Source of the DNA: Macrostomum hystrix | Taxonomy: Eukaryota > Animalia > Platyhelminthes | DNA: 64,000 nucleotides | Assembly (NCBI GenBank): GCA_950097015.1 | Contig: CATNEN010000039.1 | Span: 4,650,001-4,714,000 of the forward strand | Direction of reading: 5' to 3' | Made by a program: the position numbers and the translations under genes | The notes under the pieces: model-generated | The model's database searches: none | What the model was told of the DNA's origin: nothing | Seen by the model: only the letters and a program-made list of their open reading frames with translations | Part shown: one piece after another, positions 38,248-51,400 of the stretch | Layout: the number at the start of each line of letters is the position of its first letter | Position numbering within the stretch: position 1 is the first letter of the stretch

Positions 38248-39242
38248 CTCCAGACTGCTTCCTGACTTCCTGGCTAACTTTTTGTATTTGGCATCCTCAG
38301 TCAGCTGGCTAATTCGCTCTTTTAACAATGCGGATCGCAAAAATTCGTTGCATTATGGTAACAAAAAGCGCACTTCACTACTCAGTTGTGCTTAATGTAA
38401 CTAAATTGTGATACTCTCTTGTTTGGTTTTTACCGCACATCGCTACAAAAAATGCGAGTTTAGTCAGCTGATCTTTTTACTTATTTCTATACACTACTCT
38501 TGGAGTTCTCTACTCAAGAGCACACGCGGCAGATGGCAACAGTCGAGCCGCACGGAGCGAGGAGGCGGTGGGGGATGTTTCCCACCAATTTTCGCTGGAG
38601 AATGGCCTGATTCATCGAAAGCTACATGCAATGTCCCTAAAGAAAGTTCACTACAAGAAAAAGCAAGCAGTGCTTGAGTAAGCCTTTGGTTTTAAAACTA
38701 GTAGACTGGACCCGAGGGACTGTCTGATGATTTCCAATTTCCAATTGTTCATCTTTAAGAAGCATCAGTCATATATCAAACTCGCAAACGTCAGCGAGAA
38801 AGCATCTTGAGGAGGCTAGCCTGCCCGTTCTGCTGACATTTTAGTACTCAAACCTGGGGTGCTGATCTCCACATAATATTTTTTCGTCAGGTACACTAGC
38901 TGCACTTGTTGTTGGCTGGCATGGTTGTCCTAGCCTAAATGTGACGCCACTCAAAAGGCCAATTAAGCAGCTCATACCGAACGTTTAACAATATCTTATA
39001 CCACATCCTGAACTACAAGTACAGTATTCTGCAAGCCTGAATTTTGAATTTTGATGGCCAGTGTTCTTTTAGCAGAGAAATTCAGAAAAAGTACAAAGAG
39101 AAATGGATAGCTGTATTCCTTTTGCACTGCATTTGTATGTTAGTTCTCAACAGAAATTACTGGCGTAAGTTTAAACATTTTTTCGAAATTCCATTCTTGA
39201 TAATTCGTTTTAAAAAAGTAGCATTTCTTCGCAACGCAGAAC

Positions 39243-41838
39243 CTAGACTGAGCGCCGACAGGTGATCAGAATTTCCGTGTAGCACTTCGCACCTGTAAAT
39301 CGAAGGAATAAATGAGTGACCTAAAGCTTATCGTCTGAAAAACGGCTGAGCAATCATTCACCCACCTCTTTTTGGTTTGAACTTCTTCAGCTTTTCCAGA
39401 GTTTTTGGAATAGCGGAGAATGATGTCTTGCCAGCGACCGCCATCTTCATGAAATTCATTACCTGGCAACAGAAGAAACAATTTGTTGTGGGCTTATTTG
39501 TTTTTTGTTTCTGTAATTTTTTAATCAGAAAAGTATCGCATTCGGCAGCCGCTTACGCTGGCAACGCCCTCTTTGCTAGTTAAAGAGATCACTTTGCCAC
39601 CGCTAGCTTTGGCCAGGTAGTCGTACTCGCCCTTGTACGCGCTGCCGCACAGGTTGCCAGTCTTCACAATGAATAGACGGGTCTTCTTCCGCTTCAACAG
39701 CGCTGCTACGGACAGCTTCAGATTGGCATCCTTGGCCGAGGCGTCTGTGAACAGGAACAGAACCGATCTGGGCAGGGCGCTGCTGGCCGCGTCACGAACG
39801 CCGGACAGGGAGAATTCGGGGCAGTCGCCGCCTCCGCTGGGGTGGATACTTTTCAGGAACTGAAGCACGGCCGACTTCTTTGTCGTAGCGCTCACCTGAA
39901 AACCGTTTGGAGGCGGAAGTCATCACTGTGCTGGATCGTATTGCAGAATCAAGGAAACAGATTTGGTCAGACAATGGTCAACAGACAATGGTCAGGCAAA
40001 TCACCTGTCGCTTGTAAGGATCGCCGAAGGTTGCCAGGACGTAGTTTTTGAAGCGACGATTGGCTGCGACAACCGAACCGATGCTGGACTTGACGGAGAA
40101 GATCTCAGTGCCCATCGAGCCGGTGACGTCAATGACGAAGCCGAGAGATCCCAGGCGGTGCGGATGAGGCCCTGGGCATCCGCCGCCGCAGGACGGGCAG
40201 ATGCGACGGCGCTTCACGACTCGGCGATAGCCACGCGGGCAAATGCCTTGCGATGGGAGGGGAGGTCTGATAGAGTCTTGGAGCCCCTCAAGATTATGTG
40301 GACAGGACATTGTTTGGTTGGCACTCACCACCCTTGTGTTTTTTGCAGATGTATTTTCCGACAAATCTACAGCACCCTGCAACGCGATTTAAATTACCGA
40401 ATAATTTTTTATCGCTAGAGCATAACGAGGCCTAAGTCGAGCAATCTACCTGGCTTGATGTGAGTCAGCTTAGCGACTGTGCTCGGCAGCTTGAATGGAA
40501 CTCTTCCTGCCGAAGCCAAGCCAATGTACCGCATCACCTTGTAGGCCATTTATAAACTATTCGTATTTCAATAGACACAGGTAAAAGCAAGTTCTCATGG
40601 GTATATTTTATCAAGAAAGTTCAATTTCCCACCGTTTTTTCTTCGAGTAGATAAACGAAAAGGATGCACCCTGCAGTGTGAAAGAAAAAATACCTACCAA
40701 TTTAACTTGCGCCTTGCTGCTCAGCTTAATGACGCTTCCACCAGAAGCCTTCGCAAGGTAGTCGTATTCACCCTTGTAAGCCTTTCCGCATAGGTTGCCT
40801 GACCGCACCACGTAGAGACGAGTCTTCTTGCGCCTGAGCAGGGCGGCTACAGCGGACTTGAGTCGAGCGTCCTTGGCCGAGGCGTCGGTGAAAAGGTAGA
40901 GCACGGAGCGAGGCCGAGCCGCGTTGGCTGCATCCCGGATGCCTGACATCGAGTACTCCGGACAGTCGCCGCCTTTGCTGGGCCGGATGGCGTTGATGAA
41001 CCTGCGCACGGCTGCCGGGTTGGCCGAGTGCAGCAAGCGACGCTTGTAGGGATCGCCGAAGCGGGCGACCATGTAGTCTCGGAACATTTTATTGCCAGCC
41101 ATGATGTCGGAGATTCTGGCTCTCACTCCGGCGATATCGTCGCCCATGGAGCCGGTGTCGTCAATGACGAAGCCCAGGCTGCCGAGCTTCGGCCGAGGAT
41201 GCGGCCCGCCACCGCCGCAGTGACCAGAGGGGTGCGGCTTGCACACGCTATGTGTAACGTACACTGGCCGCTGTCCGGGCGGGCAGTGCTTTGAACACGG
41301 CTTGCATTTGGGGCAGGAGGCAGCTGCGCGCGAAAATGAATGGCAGGTGAAGGTTTCTCAGTCTCTTACTCAGAAATTCAGTGGAGTTCAAAGTGCTACT
41401 CTCGGGGATGAGTGGCAGAGCGGTAAACACGTTTGCCTCATGCACCAAGGTCCGTCAGCTCGATTCCGCGGGAGGCCACATTCATTTTGGGGCGTAGCCG
41501 TGGAGAGAAGGCTTTGGAGGCTTGTTGCGCAATTTACACCCTTGAGGGCCAACCTCCAAGGCACACTGAAGTGTACACTGCCTGACGATGAGGAAGTCAA
41601 GGGCAGATGTACACACCTGTGTGCGTGTGTGCTCAGGAGTCAGCGGAATGGGCTGTGGGTCTAGTGTCACCAAATGATGTGTCATTGCCTGCAGCCCGCC
41701 TGAAAGTAATATTATTATGATTACTCTCTCTGGAATATTTTCAAAACATTGTTGATTTCCAAGTTAATTACCAATCGCATCGATGCCAATCAGTAGTACG
41801 AGAGTCGCAGAGCCGACTATTAGCAGCTTCAAATTCAT
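39243..41838 (-). CDS. Secreted protein with 2 vWA (hemicentin/VWA7-like) domains and Cys-rich flanks (gene A)
   Basis: Exons 41838-41772 (signal-like MNLKLLIVGSATLVLLIGIDA), 41323-40698, 40537-40450, 40376-40329, 40246-40005, 39895-39557, 39462-39366, 39292-39243 (TAG). Motifs: LGFVIDxTGSM (MIDAS), FGDP, GGDCPE, LFTDASAKD, LAKASGG. Confidence 0.88.
41404..41720 (+). mobile_element. tRNA-derived SINE family 2 (in intron 1 of vWA gene A)
   Basis: A-box-like TGGCAGAGCGG, B-box-like GCTCGATTCC, shared body, TTA-rich tail. Confidence 0.75.
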
Positions 41839-42607
41839 GCCGAGAAATCAAAAAATTGTTCTATCGTAGATAGTAGCAGCTTTTCGGTGCGCAGCTTGGT
41901 CGGACAAAACCCAGCTCTGTCATTTTTAAATGCACAGCTTGGGTGTGGAAAAATAACAACAAGCATCCCGCGGAAAGCGTGTTTCCATCCTCCATTGCTG
42001 AAAACGTGCGCCAAAAGCAAAACAACAAACCCAACTGCTATTCGGTCGAACCCTTTCTAGCTCAGGAATTGTTTTTGCACAGTTTTCAGTGGACAGAAAC
42101 ACAATAGGGCAGCAAGCAATGTCATTGCCGAATGCCCTAAAATGCTAATAGCAGTCTTGACCTTGTTTTTAAAAAATACGACTGCTGAGGCTGCGACAGA
42201 TGAGGCTTAACCGCCAACGGGTTTCTAATAATAGAACTCAGCAACTCCCTACTCGGGTAAGGCAGACTCTCACAGCTAGCGACAACAAGAGGATTTGAGT
42301 GCATTTTACGATTGTTTAAGTTCTTTGAACAAATCGGAAAACTAAAATACCTCGTATATACATGTATAATAAATTTATGTCACATTTTAAATTCACTGTG
42401 ATCGAACTAGTGCCTGCGATAATACGAGTATATTCGCAGTCGGCGTGTGGGCACTGGCATGTTCTGAGCTGAACCAAGTCCCTTGTTTTGTTTTTCGTCC
42501 TTGCCCCCTTCCGTCTAAAGTGCGCTGTGCCCTCCCGACACGTCTGGCCCACCCACCCCCAATCCTGTTCCAGCCAAGCTTGTCCTCGCAATTTTGGACT
42601 TCTCTAA

Positions 42608-43273
42608 TTGCTTATCTCTAATTCTTTAATCTCTAACCCAGAACAAAGGCGCACAATGTCCCGATTTCGTCTAGGAAACCACAAACTGGCCTGTGAGACA
42701 TTGCGCACTGTAAGACCGAAAATCGCCTATGAAAACAGAACATGCCCAAAATGTAGAGTCGAGGTAGAGAACGAAACTCATATTCTCTTTAGATGCGATT
42801 GGTCCGTTTATGTTCCAATTAGAAATAAATTCATAGAGAAAGTAGCAGGTACTGTTCGAAATTTCGAAAGCCTAACAGCTGATGACAAAATTGTGTATTT
42901 AATGACACAGGAAAGCACAGAATTAACAGAAATTTTTGTGGACTTCATAGAAAGCATAATTAAAGCTAGATAAAAAGCCACTGCCCTGAGGCCCATAGTT
43001 AGAATGCAAAAACACAATAGCTATTCTCCTTTCGGTCAGTTTTAATTTTCTCTTTAAATTTCAATATTTCATTTTTTGTTTTAATGCCTTTGTTTATTTC
43101 AAAAATTTGTTTTTTTCAAATATTTTATTAACCTAAAATTACGCATGCTACTTTTTTCCTATCGCTTTCTCTTAAAAAAATCGATTTGTTTAACCTGAAA
43201 CATAAAATAAGCAAAAAAATCAGCACCTAATCGGCGTGCGCACCTCAATAATAATAATAATAATAATAATAAT
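42608..43273 (+). mobile_element. 3' fragment of a non-LTR retrotransposon
   Basis: SRFRLGNHKLACET..RTCPKC..VENETHILFRC is a LINE C-terminal Cys/His motif. It is followed by an AT-rich 3' region and an (AAT)n tail at 43248-43272. Confidence 0.75.
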
Positions 43274-43547
43274 TGCTTATGCTTCTCTCGCGCCCTCCTA
43301 TGTGGCTCTGTGTAGGCATGCCCACCCACCCTCAGTCCTGCGTGGCTTTAGCCCCCACCAATCCAGTTTGGCTGACGCAAACCGGTTTTGCGTGTCTCCG
43401 GGTCGGCGCATGATTGGTCAGCCCGCCCCCACATTTCTCTCTCTGCCCCGTCTTAAGTGTCGCCCTGCCCCAGCGCCCACCCTCCGCCGTCTCGGTAGTG
43501 CGAGGATTTAAAGCGCACCGCACGGTTCAGGAAACAAGTAAACAACC

Positions 43548-43820
43548 CCAAGCAGCCCAAGGTCGACGCCAAGCCGCCCAAGGTCGACGCCAAGCCGCCC
43601 AAGGTCGACGCCAAGCCGCACAAGGTCAACGCCAAGCCGTTCAAGGTCAACGCCAAGCCGTCCAATGTCAAAGCCAAGCCGTCCAAGGTCGACGACAAGC
43701 CGTCCAAGGTCAACGCCAAGCCGTCCAAGGTCAACGCCAAGCCGTCCAAGGTCGACGCCAAGCCGTCCAAGGTCAACGCCAAGCCGTCCAAGGTCAACGC
43801 CAAGCCGTCCAAGGTCAACA
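43548..43820. repeat. 21-bp tandem (CAAGGTCAACGCCAAGCCGTC)
   Basis: Direct. Confidence 0.9.
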
Positions 43821-44314
43821 CGCTAATTTTGAGTTCTCAAAATTGGCCAAAAGTTGCACTTAAGAGCCACCTGAAACGCTTGTGATGGTTTGGTAGCTGG
43901 CTTGTTAGTCAAGGTCCCATTGTCTGCTCTGGGCTCGGCCAGGGAGTTCTGTGGTAGAGACTACTAAAAGTAGCTCTGCCACCATGCCTTGTTGTTCTAG
44001 ACTCCATAACAAAAATCTAATGAGGCTAGGGCCCGGGTTGCTAAGACCGTTGCTTAGGCCGAGAGTGAGAGATAATCGGCTGCTAGAGGGACACTATGCT
44101 CAACATCAACTGGGTCTCCTGGTTAGTGCCGGAAATGAGGACTTTCACATCGAGATTTCTTTTAATCAAGTTTGGATACAGTTACCTCGCAGATCGCTGC
44201 AAACCACACCTTCTACTTACGCACCTTCATGCTTAAATGAGGAGGTAAAAAACGAAATAAAAAAGAATGCTTTCGTAATCTTCACTTCCTAGTGTGCAGA
44301 ATGCGTATGAAGTA

Positions 44315-45048
44315 CGAGGTGCGGTCAAGTTCAAGTGAGACAAACGCAATATCTATGGTAAATCCCACCGATCATCTTCACAAGTGTTTCATATTTTAGC
44401 TAGACTAATAGACAATCAGTGACAACAAAATCAGTTTTTTTCATCGACTTCTGCCTTAGCTACAACTTGATAAAGTGCATCAGCCACAAGAACCAAAAAA
44501 TGGCAGAGCGGCCTAACAGGTTGTCCCGATCATCCTCCCTACTCCCCAGACCTGGCGCCAGCTGACTATTTCCTCTTCCCAACGATCAAGGGGGAGCTGG
44601 GGGGCGTCTCCATCAGCGGAGACACCGTCAAGGTGGAGTGGGAGCGAGCCTGCAGCCGCCTTTCGCCAGGTGCCTTCGCCTCAGCCTTTGACAAGTGGAT
44701 CGAGCGGCTCAAGAAGTGTGTCGACTACTGAAGGGCAACTACGTCGAGAAGGGCTCGAAGATAGCAGAGGACGGAGATGAGGCCTTTTCTGACGTTGACA
44801 TTTAGAAAATTGAAGAAGCGACAAGAACATCCAATATTTCTGGGCAATAGTACCCCATTTTTGGGGTCTCTCGATCTGTACTTTTGTTCAATGAGAAAGC
44901 GTACAGTTGTTGCTAGTTTTTTTTAACTGAAGTTTTGCTAATTGTATGTTAAAATTCATGCTCTTTTAGAATAAATCATCTGCTTTCCTCTAAAGTGTTT
45001 AATAACGAGGCTGCCGAGACTGTCTCACTTGAACTTGACCGCACCTCG
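44315..45048 (+). mobile_element. Non-autonomous mariner (keeps only the C-terminal transposase piece)
   Basis: Perfect 28-bp TIR CGAGGTGCGGTCAAGTTCAAGTGAGACA, with TA on both sides (44313-14, 45049-50). Internal HPPYSPDLAPADYFLFP motif near 44531. Confidence 0.92.
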
Positions 45049-45465
45049 TAAGTTCTACGAAATCGAGTTCAAAGCGAGGCTTGCAAATCCAAACCGTATT
45101 CGATCTCGTCAAAGGCCTGTTTCTCAGTCTCTCTCTCTTTGTTTACTCCCGATCTACTCGTAGTATTTTGGCCAGCCATTGTTTGCCTGTTCCTGTTTCT
45201 TCATTGTTAACTCGCTCCTCTCTGTCTCTGTCTGTAAGAGCTCTTCACTATTCACCTAATTTGCGAAGACGATAAAAGTAGCCAACAATGGGCCACAAAG
45301 AATGCGAGCTAGACAGCCATCACTTGTGCCACGCTTAACACTCTGAGCGCAAGATTGTTATTGCATAAAAGTTCCAAAAATAAGACAGAAAACGAAAACA
45401 TGCTCTTTTTGATGCTATAGAAAACTATTCTCGGTGACCGACTTTCCGGCAAAACAAAAAAATAT

Positions 45466-45940
45466 TGTGGTAGCTTGACTTAAGTGAGATACTCTTGTGG
45501 TAGCCTGACTTGAGTGAGATACTCTTGTGGTAGCCTGACTTGAGTGAGATACTCTTGTGGTAGCCTGACTTGAGTGAGATACTCTTGTGGTAGCCTGACT
45601 TGAGTGAGATACTCTTGTGGTAGCCTGACTTGAATGAGATACTCTTGTGGTAGCCTGACTTGAGTGAGATACTCTTGTGGTAGCCTGACTTGAGTGAGAT
45701 ACTCTTGTGGTAGCCTGACTTGAGTGAGATACTCTTGTGGTAGCCTGACTTGAGTGAGATACTCTTGTGGTAGCCTGACTTGAATGAGATACTCTTGTGG
45801 TAGCCTGACTTGAGTGAGATACTCTTGTGGTAGCCTGACTTGAGTGAGATACTCTTGTGGTAGCTTGACTTGAGTGAGATACTCTTGTGGTAGACTGACT
45901 TGAGTGAGATACTCTTGTGTTAGCCTGACTTGAGTGAGAT
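45466..45940. repeat. 30-bp tandem (TGTGGTAGCCTGACTTGAGTGAGATACTCT)
   Basis: Contiguous near-identical units, no spacers. Confidence 0.95.
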
Positions 45941-45973
45941 GCTTATGCTGGCTGGCTGCCTAATTGGAAGTTT

Positions 45974-46670
45974 TCATTTCCTGCGCCCATTTCTAGAAAG
46001 AAGCCAGAGCATCACAGACCCGCCAGTTGGACCGTCACATTCCATTAGATGAGGATGAGATGCATCCTTTTTTCTATATGTATAAGCCGCGCACACGTGT
46101 CCGTCGACCCTGATGACGAGATTCTTCAGGTACCTTGAGCAAACGGGTCCACACATGAGCAAGGGTTCTTCTGCTGCTGCGTGTGGGCGCACAACTTGCT
46201 GGGCCAGCGCTGGTTGAAGTTGTTGTCGATAGCTCATTGGCACGGCGTCTGGGTCGAGCAGTCATGCAGGGTCAGGAGGCCTGAAATGTGATTTTATATT
46301 GTTTGCAGCGAATTTCAGTTGGAGGAGTTTGTAGCCTTGAGGTTAGATCGTCGGACTCATGAATTGAAGGTTTCGGGTTCGATTCCCGACTCCACCCGAA
46401 CAATTTGTGTCCTTTAGCAAGACACTTTACTCTGCATTGCTGAAGTTCACTCAGCTGTTAAATGAGTGCTAGCATCAGCTGGGGTAATTGGGAATTGAGG
46501 GTTGGTGTGGCATCCCCCAGTCCATGGACTGAACAGCTATACGCAGCCTTCAGATGCGCCATGCAATAGGCGTATGTAAGGCGTAGTTTCCGAATACCTC
46601 AACTTCGCTCAGCATCAGGTATGTCTTCGCTCGAGACTGGATTTCCATAACCTGGCCGATTCTATTGCAG
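45974..46670 (-). pseudogene. Decayed F-type lectin (fucolectin/FTP domain) fragments
   Basis: Pieces in different frames match F-type lectin motifs: ..YLMLSEVEVFGNYAL (domain end and next start), AIDNNFNQRWPSKLCAHTQQQKNPCSCVD (AiDG..CxHT..P..VD), YLKNLVIRVDGHVCA..MECDGPTGGSV. Interrupted by stops, a frameshift and a SINE. Confidence 0.55.
46320..46552 (+). mobile_element. tRNA-derived SINE family 1
   Basis: Same head and body as the 14724 copy; inserted in the lectin pseudogene. Confidence 0.8.
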
Positions 46671-46863
46671 TCGAATTAACTTCGAATTAATTAGTTCATT
46701 TTACGATGAACTAAATAACTAAATTTCAAAGCCGTACAAGCCAGCATCATCGAGATATTCATTGATTCTTGTCGAAGACCCCGGTGACAAGGACAAAAAA
46801 GAATCTGAATAAACCTCTTTGGCAAATTCATATCGGTTCAAAAGTGTATAAATGAACATACTA

Positions 46864-47659
46864 CGGGTGTGTCATAAGTAATATCACTGTGGTTGTTGTG
46901 CGGGAACCCAAAGCAATAATCATCCAAATATATTATATTCTGAAAGTACATTTATTGAGAAGTTGCCACCACACCTGAGCAGCAATTTTAATGTCTATGG
47001 CCAAAACTGTCGCAAGAATTTGTTAATCAGATTTAGCAAGCGCAACGCGATGAAATCTTATTTTTGCAACGAGCAAAACTCAACATGAATCACGACAAGA
47101 CGCACATCCAGTTCTACGCTTTCATTCGCTTCAAGCTTGGAAAATCTGCACCTGAAGTAGAGGAGGATCTCCGGAACACACTGCCAGACAACTGCCCAAC
47201 TCGCAGGACAATTTACAGGTGGTTTCAGAACTTTACTGATCCTGGGTTCGAATTGGGAGATGCCGCCAGATCTGGACGGCCATGTTCAACCAGGACAATA
47301 GAGAACATCGAAGTCATCAGCGACCTGGTCAAGGAAGACCCGCGGCAGTCTGTCAGGGAGCTAGCGGACTGCTTGGAGATTGATTTCAAGACAGTCCATC
47401 GCATCTTGACAGAGGATCTCCATCTCACGTCTCCATCTCCAACTCACGCAAACCATGATGAGGTCAAAGAAGCCGCGTTGCACTGGTTCCGACAGCTGGA
47501 GGAAAAACACCTGCAGGCTGAGGTAGAGAAGCTGTACGAGCACTGCCAGAGGGTGATTGATATTGGGGGACACTATGTTGTTGATTGATGCAGTTTCGTT
47601 CATCTGCGATTGTTAGTTGGTCTGTTTTACCCTCAGTGACATTACTTATGACACACCCG
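46864..47659 (+). mobile_element. Internally deleted mariner with an open HTH ORF (47085-47588)
   Basis: 26-bp TIR CGGGTGTGTCATAAGTAAT(A/G)TCACTG with 1 mismatch; TA on the left. The ORF has mariner HTH motifs (TIYRWFQNF, ARSGRP, TVHRILTEDL) fused to the C-terminal CQRVIDIGGHYV. No DDD core. Confidence 0.9.
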
Positions 47660-48328
47660 AAGTATAATCAATACAATTTAGTCAAAAATAGTAGCCGTAG
47701 CTAACATGATCACATGATAAAATTTTGTGAGCAGGAAATATTCGCTTATTTTGTGGTTTTTGCCACCAGACACGCCGACGAGAATCCTTGAATATCTCGA
47801 CGATGCCGATGTTTTGTGATTCTGGAAGTTGTGTCATCAGATAGAGCGGAAAATTTTAGCCCGTGTTGCGGCTTTTCATAGCGATTCCTTTAAATATTTT
47901 AGGAGAAAGAAAAAAGAAAAATGTGGGTATTTGAAATTCCCCATGTGTCTTTCCACTGATAAAGCCTATGTTTCTCAATTGAAAGAGCAGAAAAATATGC
48001 TTTCTGTTTTATTAGTTCATTGTTGAAAAAACTAGGATTTCACTCTAAGTTTGAGCTCGGAGCTTGACTTCTGAATAAAAAGAATTGCGCTTTTCCTTAG
48101 ACACAATTTTGTTTCCGAGCTATTGTTTCGCAGCGAAGTTAAAAGTTCAACGTAGATGCGACTGGTAGAAAATGGGCAACGATAAAAATAGCAGAAGGAC
48201 TGCTCCATTGTGTCGAAACCTGTTGGAAACGAAATAAACAGCACAGAAAACGTGGTGGATAAACATCAAATGAAAATATTTTCGCGATTTGCGATTGCTT
48301 TCAGAAAAATAAAAAACAATTGGAGCGC

Positions 48329-48336
48329 CTATAAAT
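48329..48336 (+). promoter_or_regulatory. Possible TATA box of vWA gene B
   Basis: CTATAAAT about 130 nt upstream of the ATG at 48460; motif match only. Confidence 0.35.
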
Positions 48337-48459
48337 GAGCAACAACTCGATTCTCAAACTGGTTCAAAGCTGGTCTTTGATTTGCATCAATCTAGCTACT
48401 CGTAATTGTGAAGGACGGTCGTTTTTCTGAATTTGAAGCCTAGTGGAAAGTCTCCAAGC

Positions 48460-51400
48460 ATGAAGTTCTCTTCCAAGCTGCTTCCGCTGCACTTGCTGTC
48501 AGCCCTGCTAATCGTTGGAGTTGCAGCTCAACTCGGTGAGTTCTTGCTGAGTCAGCTGACGAAATTTAGGTCATCTAGAAAAACATTCATCAAATAGAAG
48601 GCTTGACTTCACTAAAAAGTTGTCGAACTTTGGGTTGTTAGTGTAATAGAATTTAGGAGCATGGCTTTTGTCCCTTTTAGAAACTGAAAACTGCCAGCAA
48701 TGCTCCGTTTCAGATCCAGCCTGCAGCTCCTGCCCCTCCAAGAACTGCACCTATGACAAAAAGCTGGTTTGCTCCTGTGTCGGTCTGAACCGCACCATTG
48801 TCATCACAAACCCTGGAGATCGCGAGTACTACAATGTGTCACTGGGATTCGCCATCGACCGGTCTGGGAGCATGTCTACGGAGATCGCGTCTGTGAAGTC
48901 GAGTATCCAGGCCGTTGTCGGTGAGTTCATCCACCGCTTTTACGCCGAATTCAGTGGCTTTCCAAGATATAGTTGAGACTTTCAGCCCATTTCAACTGAA
49001 ACGAACATAAATTGCAACCTGTTTAATTACAGCTGCCACTGTCAAAATTTTCGACAAGTTTGTGATCGGTACATTCAACGACCCATACACTGCTCAAGTG
49101 GTCCAGTCGAGTGATATCGCGACAATCAACTCATTTGTTGGCAGCATCTCAGCCAGCGGTGGCGGCGACTGTCCTGAGATGGCGCTGCACGGCATTCGCG
49201 ATGTGGCGAATCTGGTCAGCGACGGCTCCGTGATCTTCGTCTTTACCGACGCCAGCGCCAAGGATCTGGCGTTGGAGCCCAGTTTGAAAGCGTTGCTGCT
49301 GTCAAAGAACATTAGACTGAACTTGATGGCGACCGGGTCACTGTGCGGTCAAGGAGATGAATTCAGCCGGTTGACGACTGCCACGAACGGCACGATCTAC
49401 AAAACCCCGAATAAAGCCGATGTGGGCCTTGTCATGCGATACATCGAGAACTTTGCCGCATTCGGAATCCAGTTTATCCGAGGCATGCCTACCACACTAG
49501 TTGATCTGAAGGAGATCGCTAACGGAAGTGAGTCATGTCTTCTCCTTCTCTTATTGTTTCAATGACATTGTCCAAGCAACGATGAAAACTATTTCATATT
49601 GATCTCCTCTCCCTTCAGCCTGCTCATGCAAAGCTGTCGTTGAGAATCTGGTCTGCGTCCAACAGGGCGAATGCCCTTGTCCGCCCGGCTACGAACGAGT
49701 CGAAGTGAGGAAGAAGGTCTGCCGCTTGTGCAGGCCTCGGCCACCTCAGCCACCGAGATTCGGCTCTCTTGGCTTTGTGATCGATCACTCTGGATCGATG
49801 AGCAGCGAGATCAGTGCAGTTAAGGCCAACATCAATACCATTATTTCGGCCAACAAGCTATTCAAAGACTACGTGATCGGAAAGTTCAGCGATCCGTACG
49901 TGAAAAGCGTGATCCGATCCAAAAACAAAGTGACGATCGTCAACTTCCTGAATGCAATCAGTGCCTCGGGGGGTGGCGACTGCCCAGAGTACTCCATGTC
50001 CGCTCTGCGGGACGCTGTGAATAAGGCCTTGAAGAAGTCCATCATCATCCTGTTCACTGACGCATCAGCCAAGGACGCCAAGATGAAGAATTCCGTTGCG
50101 GCGCTTTTTAAGTCCAAGAAGAGTCGACTGTTCGTTGTGGCAACGGGCAATCTGTGCGGCAGTCTCTACTCAAACGAGTATCACTACTTAGCTAAGAAGA
50201 CAGGTGGCGCCGTCATGAACCTGCCTCTCAAGTCGTCAGTGTCCGAAGTGAGTTATTCATCCATATTCTGTATCAAGTAAAGCAAGATAGCTTCTAATAG
50301 CAGCGGCCTTCTGTTTTGCAGGTTCTTTCATTCATCAAGAAGGCTGCGGCAGGAGATGTATCTTTCGACGAGTTTCCTAAAGACGAGTATGGTCTCAAAG
50401 CATTGAGACCAAAACGTAAGTTCAAAGTTTTTATTACTGAAAAGTATAACTTCGGATGAAGCCATCTAAACACCTTTGCATTGAATTTAATCTAATCTGA
50501 AACATAACTTTCATAAAAACCATTCCTTCGTACATTCCAGATTGCTGCAACATGGTTGTCGAACGGAGATGCCAGAGGAAGAAACGTAAGTATACTTACA
50601 TATGCTTATGTATGCCATGCTTATGAAGACAGATATTACTGCGGAAAACTGATGAAACCGTTTCAGTGCCATGTCCTCCCGGATTCAAGCGATTGATCTT
50701 TCACCAGAAGGTCTGCCCGATGCGACACCAGTGCCCAGCAAAGAAGGCCGGCTCTCTGGGCTTCATCATCGACGACACCGGCTCGATGGCCGCAGAGATA
50801 TTCACCGTCCGCACCAACGTGGCCAATATTATTGACAAGAACGTGCGCTTTGTTGACTACGTCATAGGTAGATACGGCGACCCGTACGTCAAGAACGTGA
50901 TCCGGTCAGCAGACAAGACAGTCATAGTCGACTTCCTGAATACCATCACTGCGACGGGCGGTGGTGACTGTCCAGAGTTCGCGATGTCGGCGATTGAAGA
51001 CGCTGCCAAACTGGCTCGGTGGAACTCAGTTCTCGTCCTGTTCACAGACGCCGCGGCGAAGGACGCCGGCAAGAAGGTGGCGGTAGCTACGCTTTTGAAG
51101 TCGAAACACATCCGGCTGTTTGTGATCGCCACTGGAAATCTGTGCGGACCCGCAGTCTACTCTGGGGAGTTTCGCTACCTGGCCAAAGAAAGTGGCGGTG
51201 CGGTAATGAACCTCTCTGCTAAGACTTCTGTCAGCGAGGTGAGCACTAGCGTTTCTTGACTTCTTGACAATTTAACGAAAAGTCGCACAGAGTTATCTAA
51301 ATTTTTTCTGATTAGGTTCTGGACTTCATCGGCTTGGCTGCTTCTGGGGGAGCTTCGTTTGATCACTTCCCCAAATCGCTGAAGTCACTCAGGAAGATGA

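Noticed and set aside
43414-43863. (QGQRQAV)n ORF as a repetitive structural protein
   Set aside because: A 21-bp tandem without ATG context, splice support or signal peptide.
45466-45940. 30-bp repeat as a CRISPR array
   Set aside because: Units are contiguous with no unique spacers, there are no cas genes, and the context is eukaryotic.
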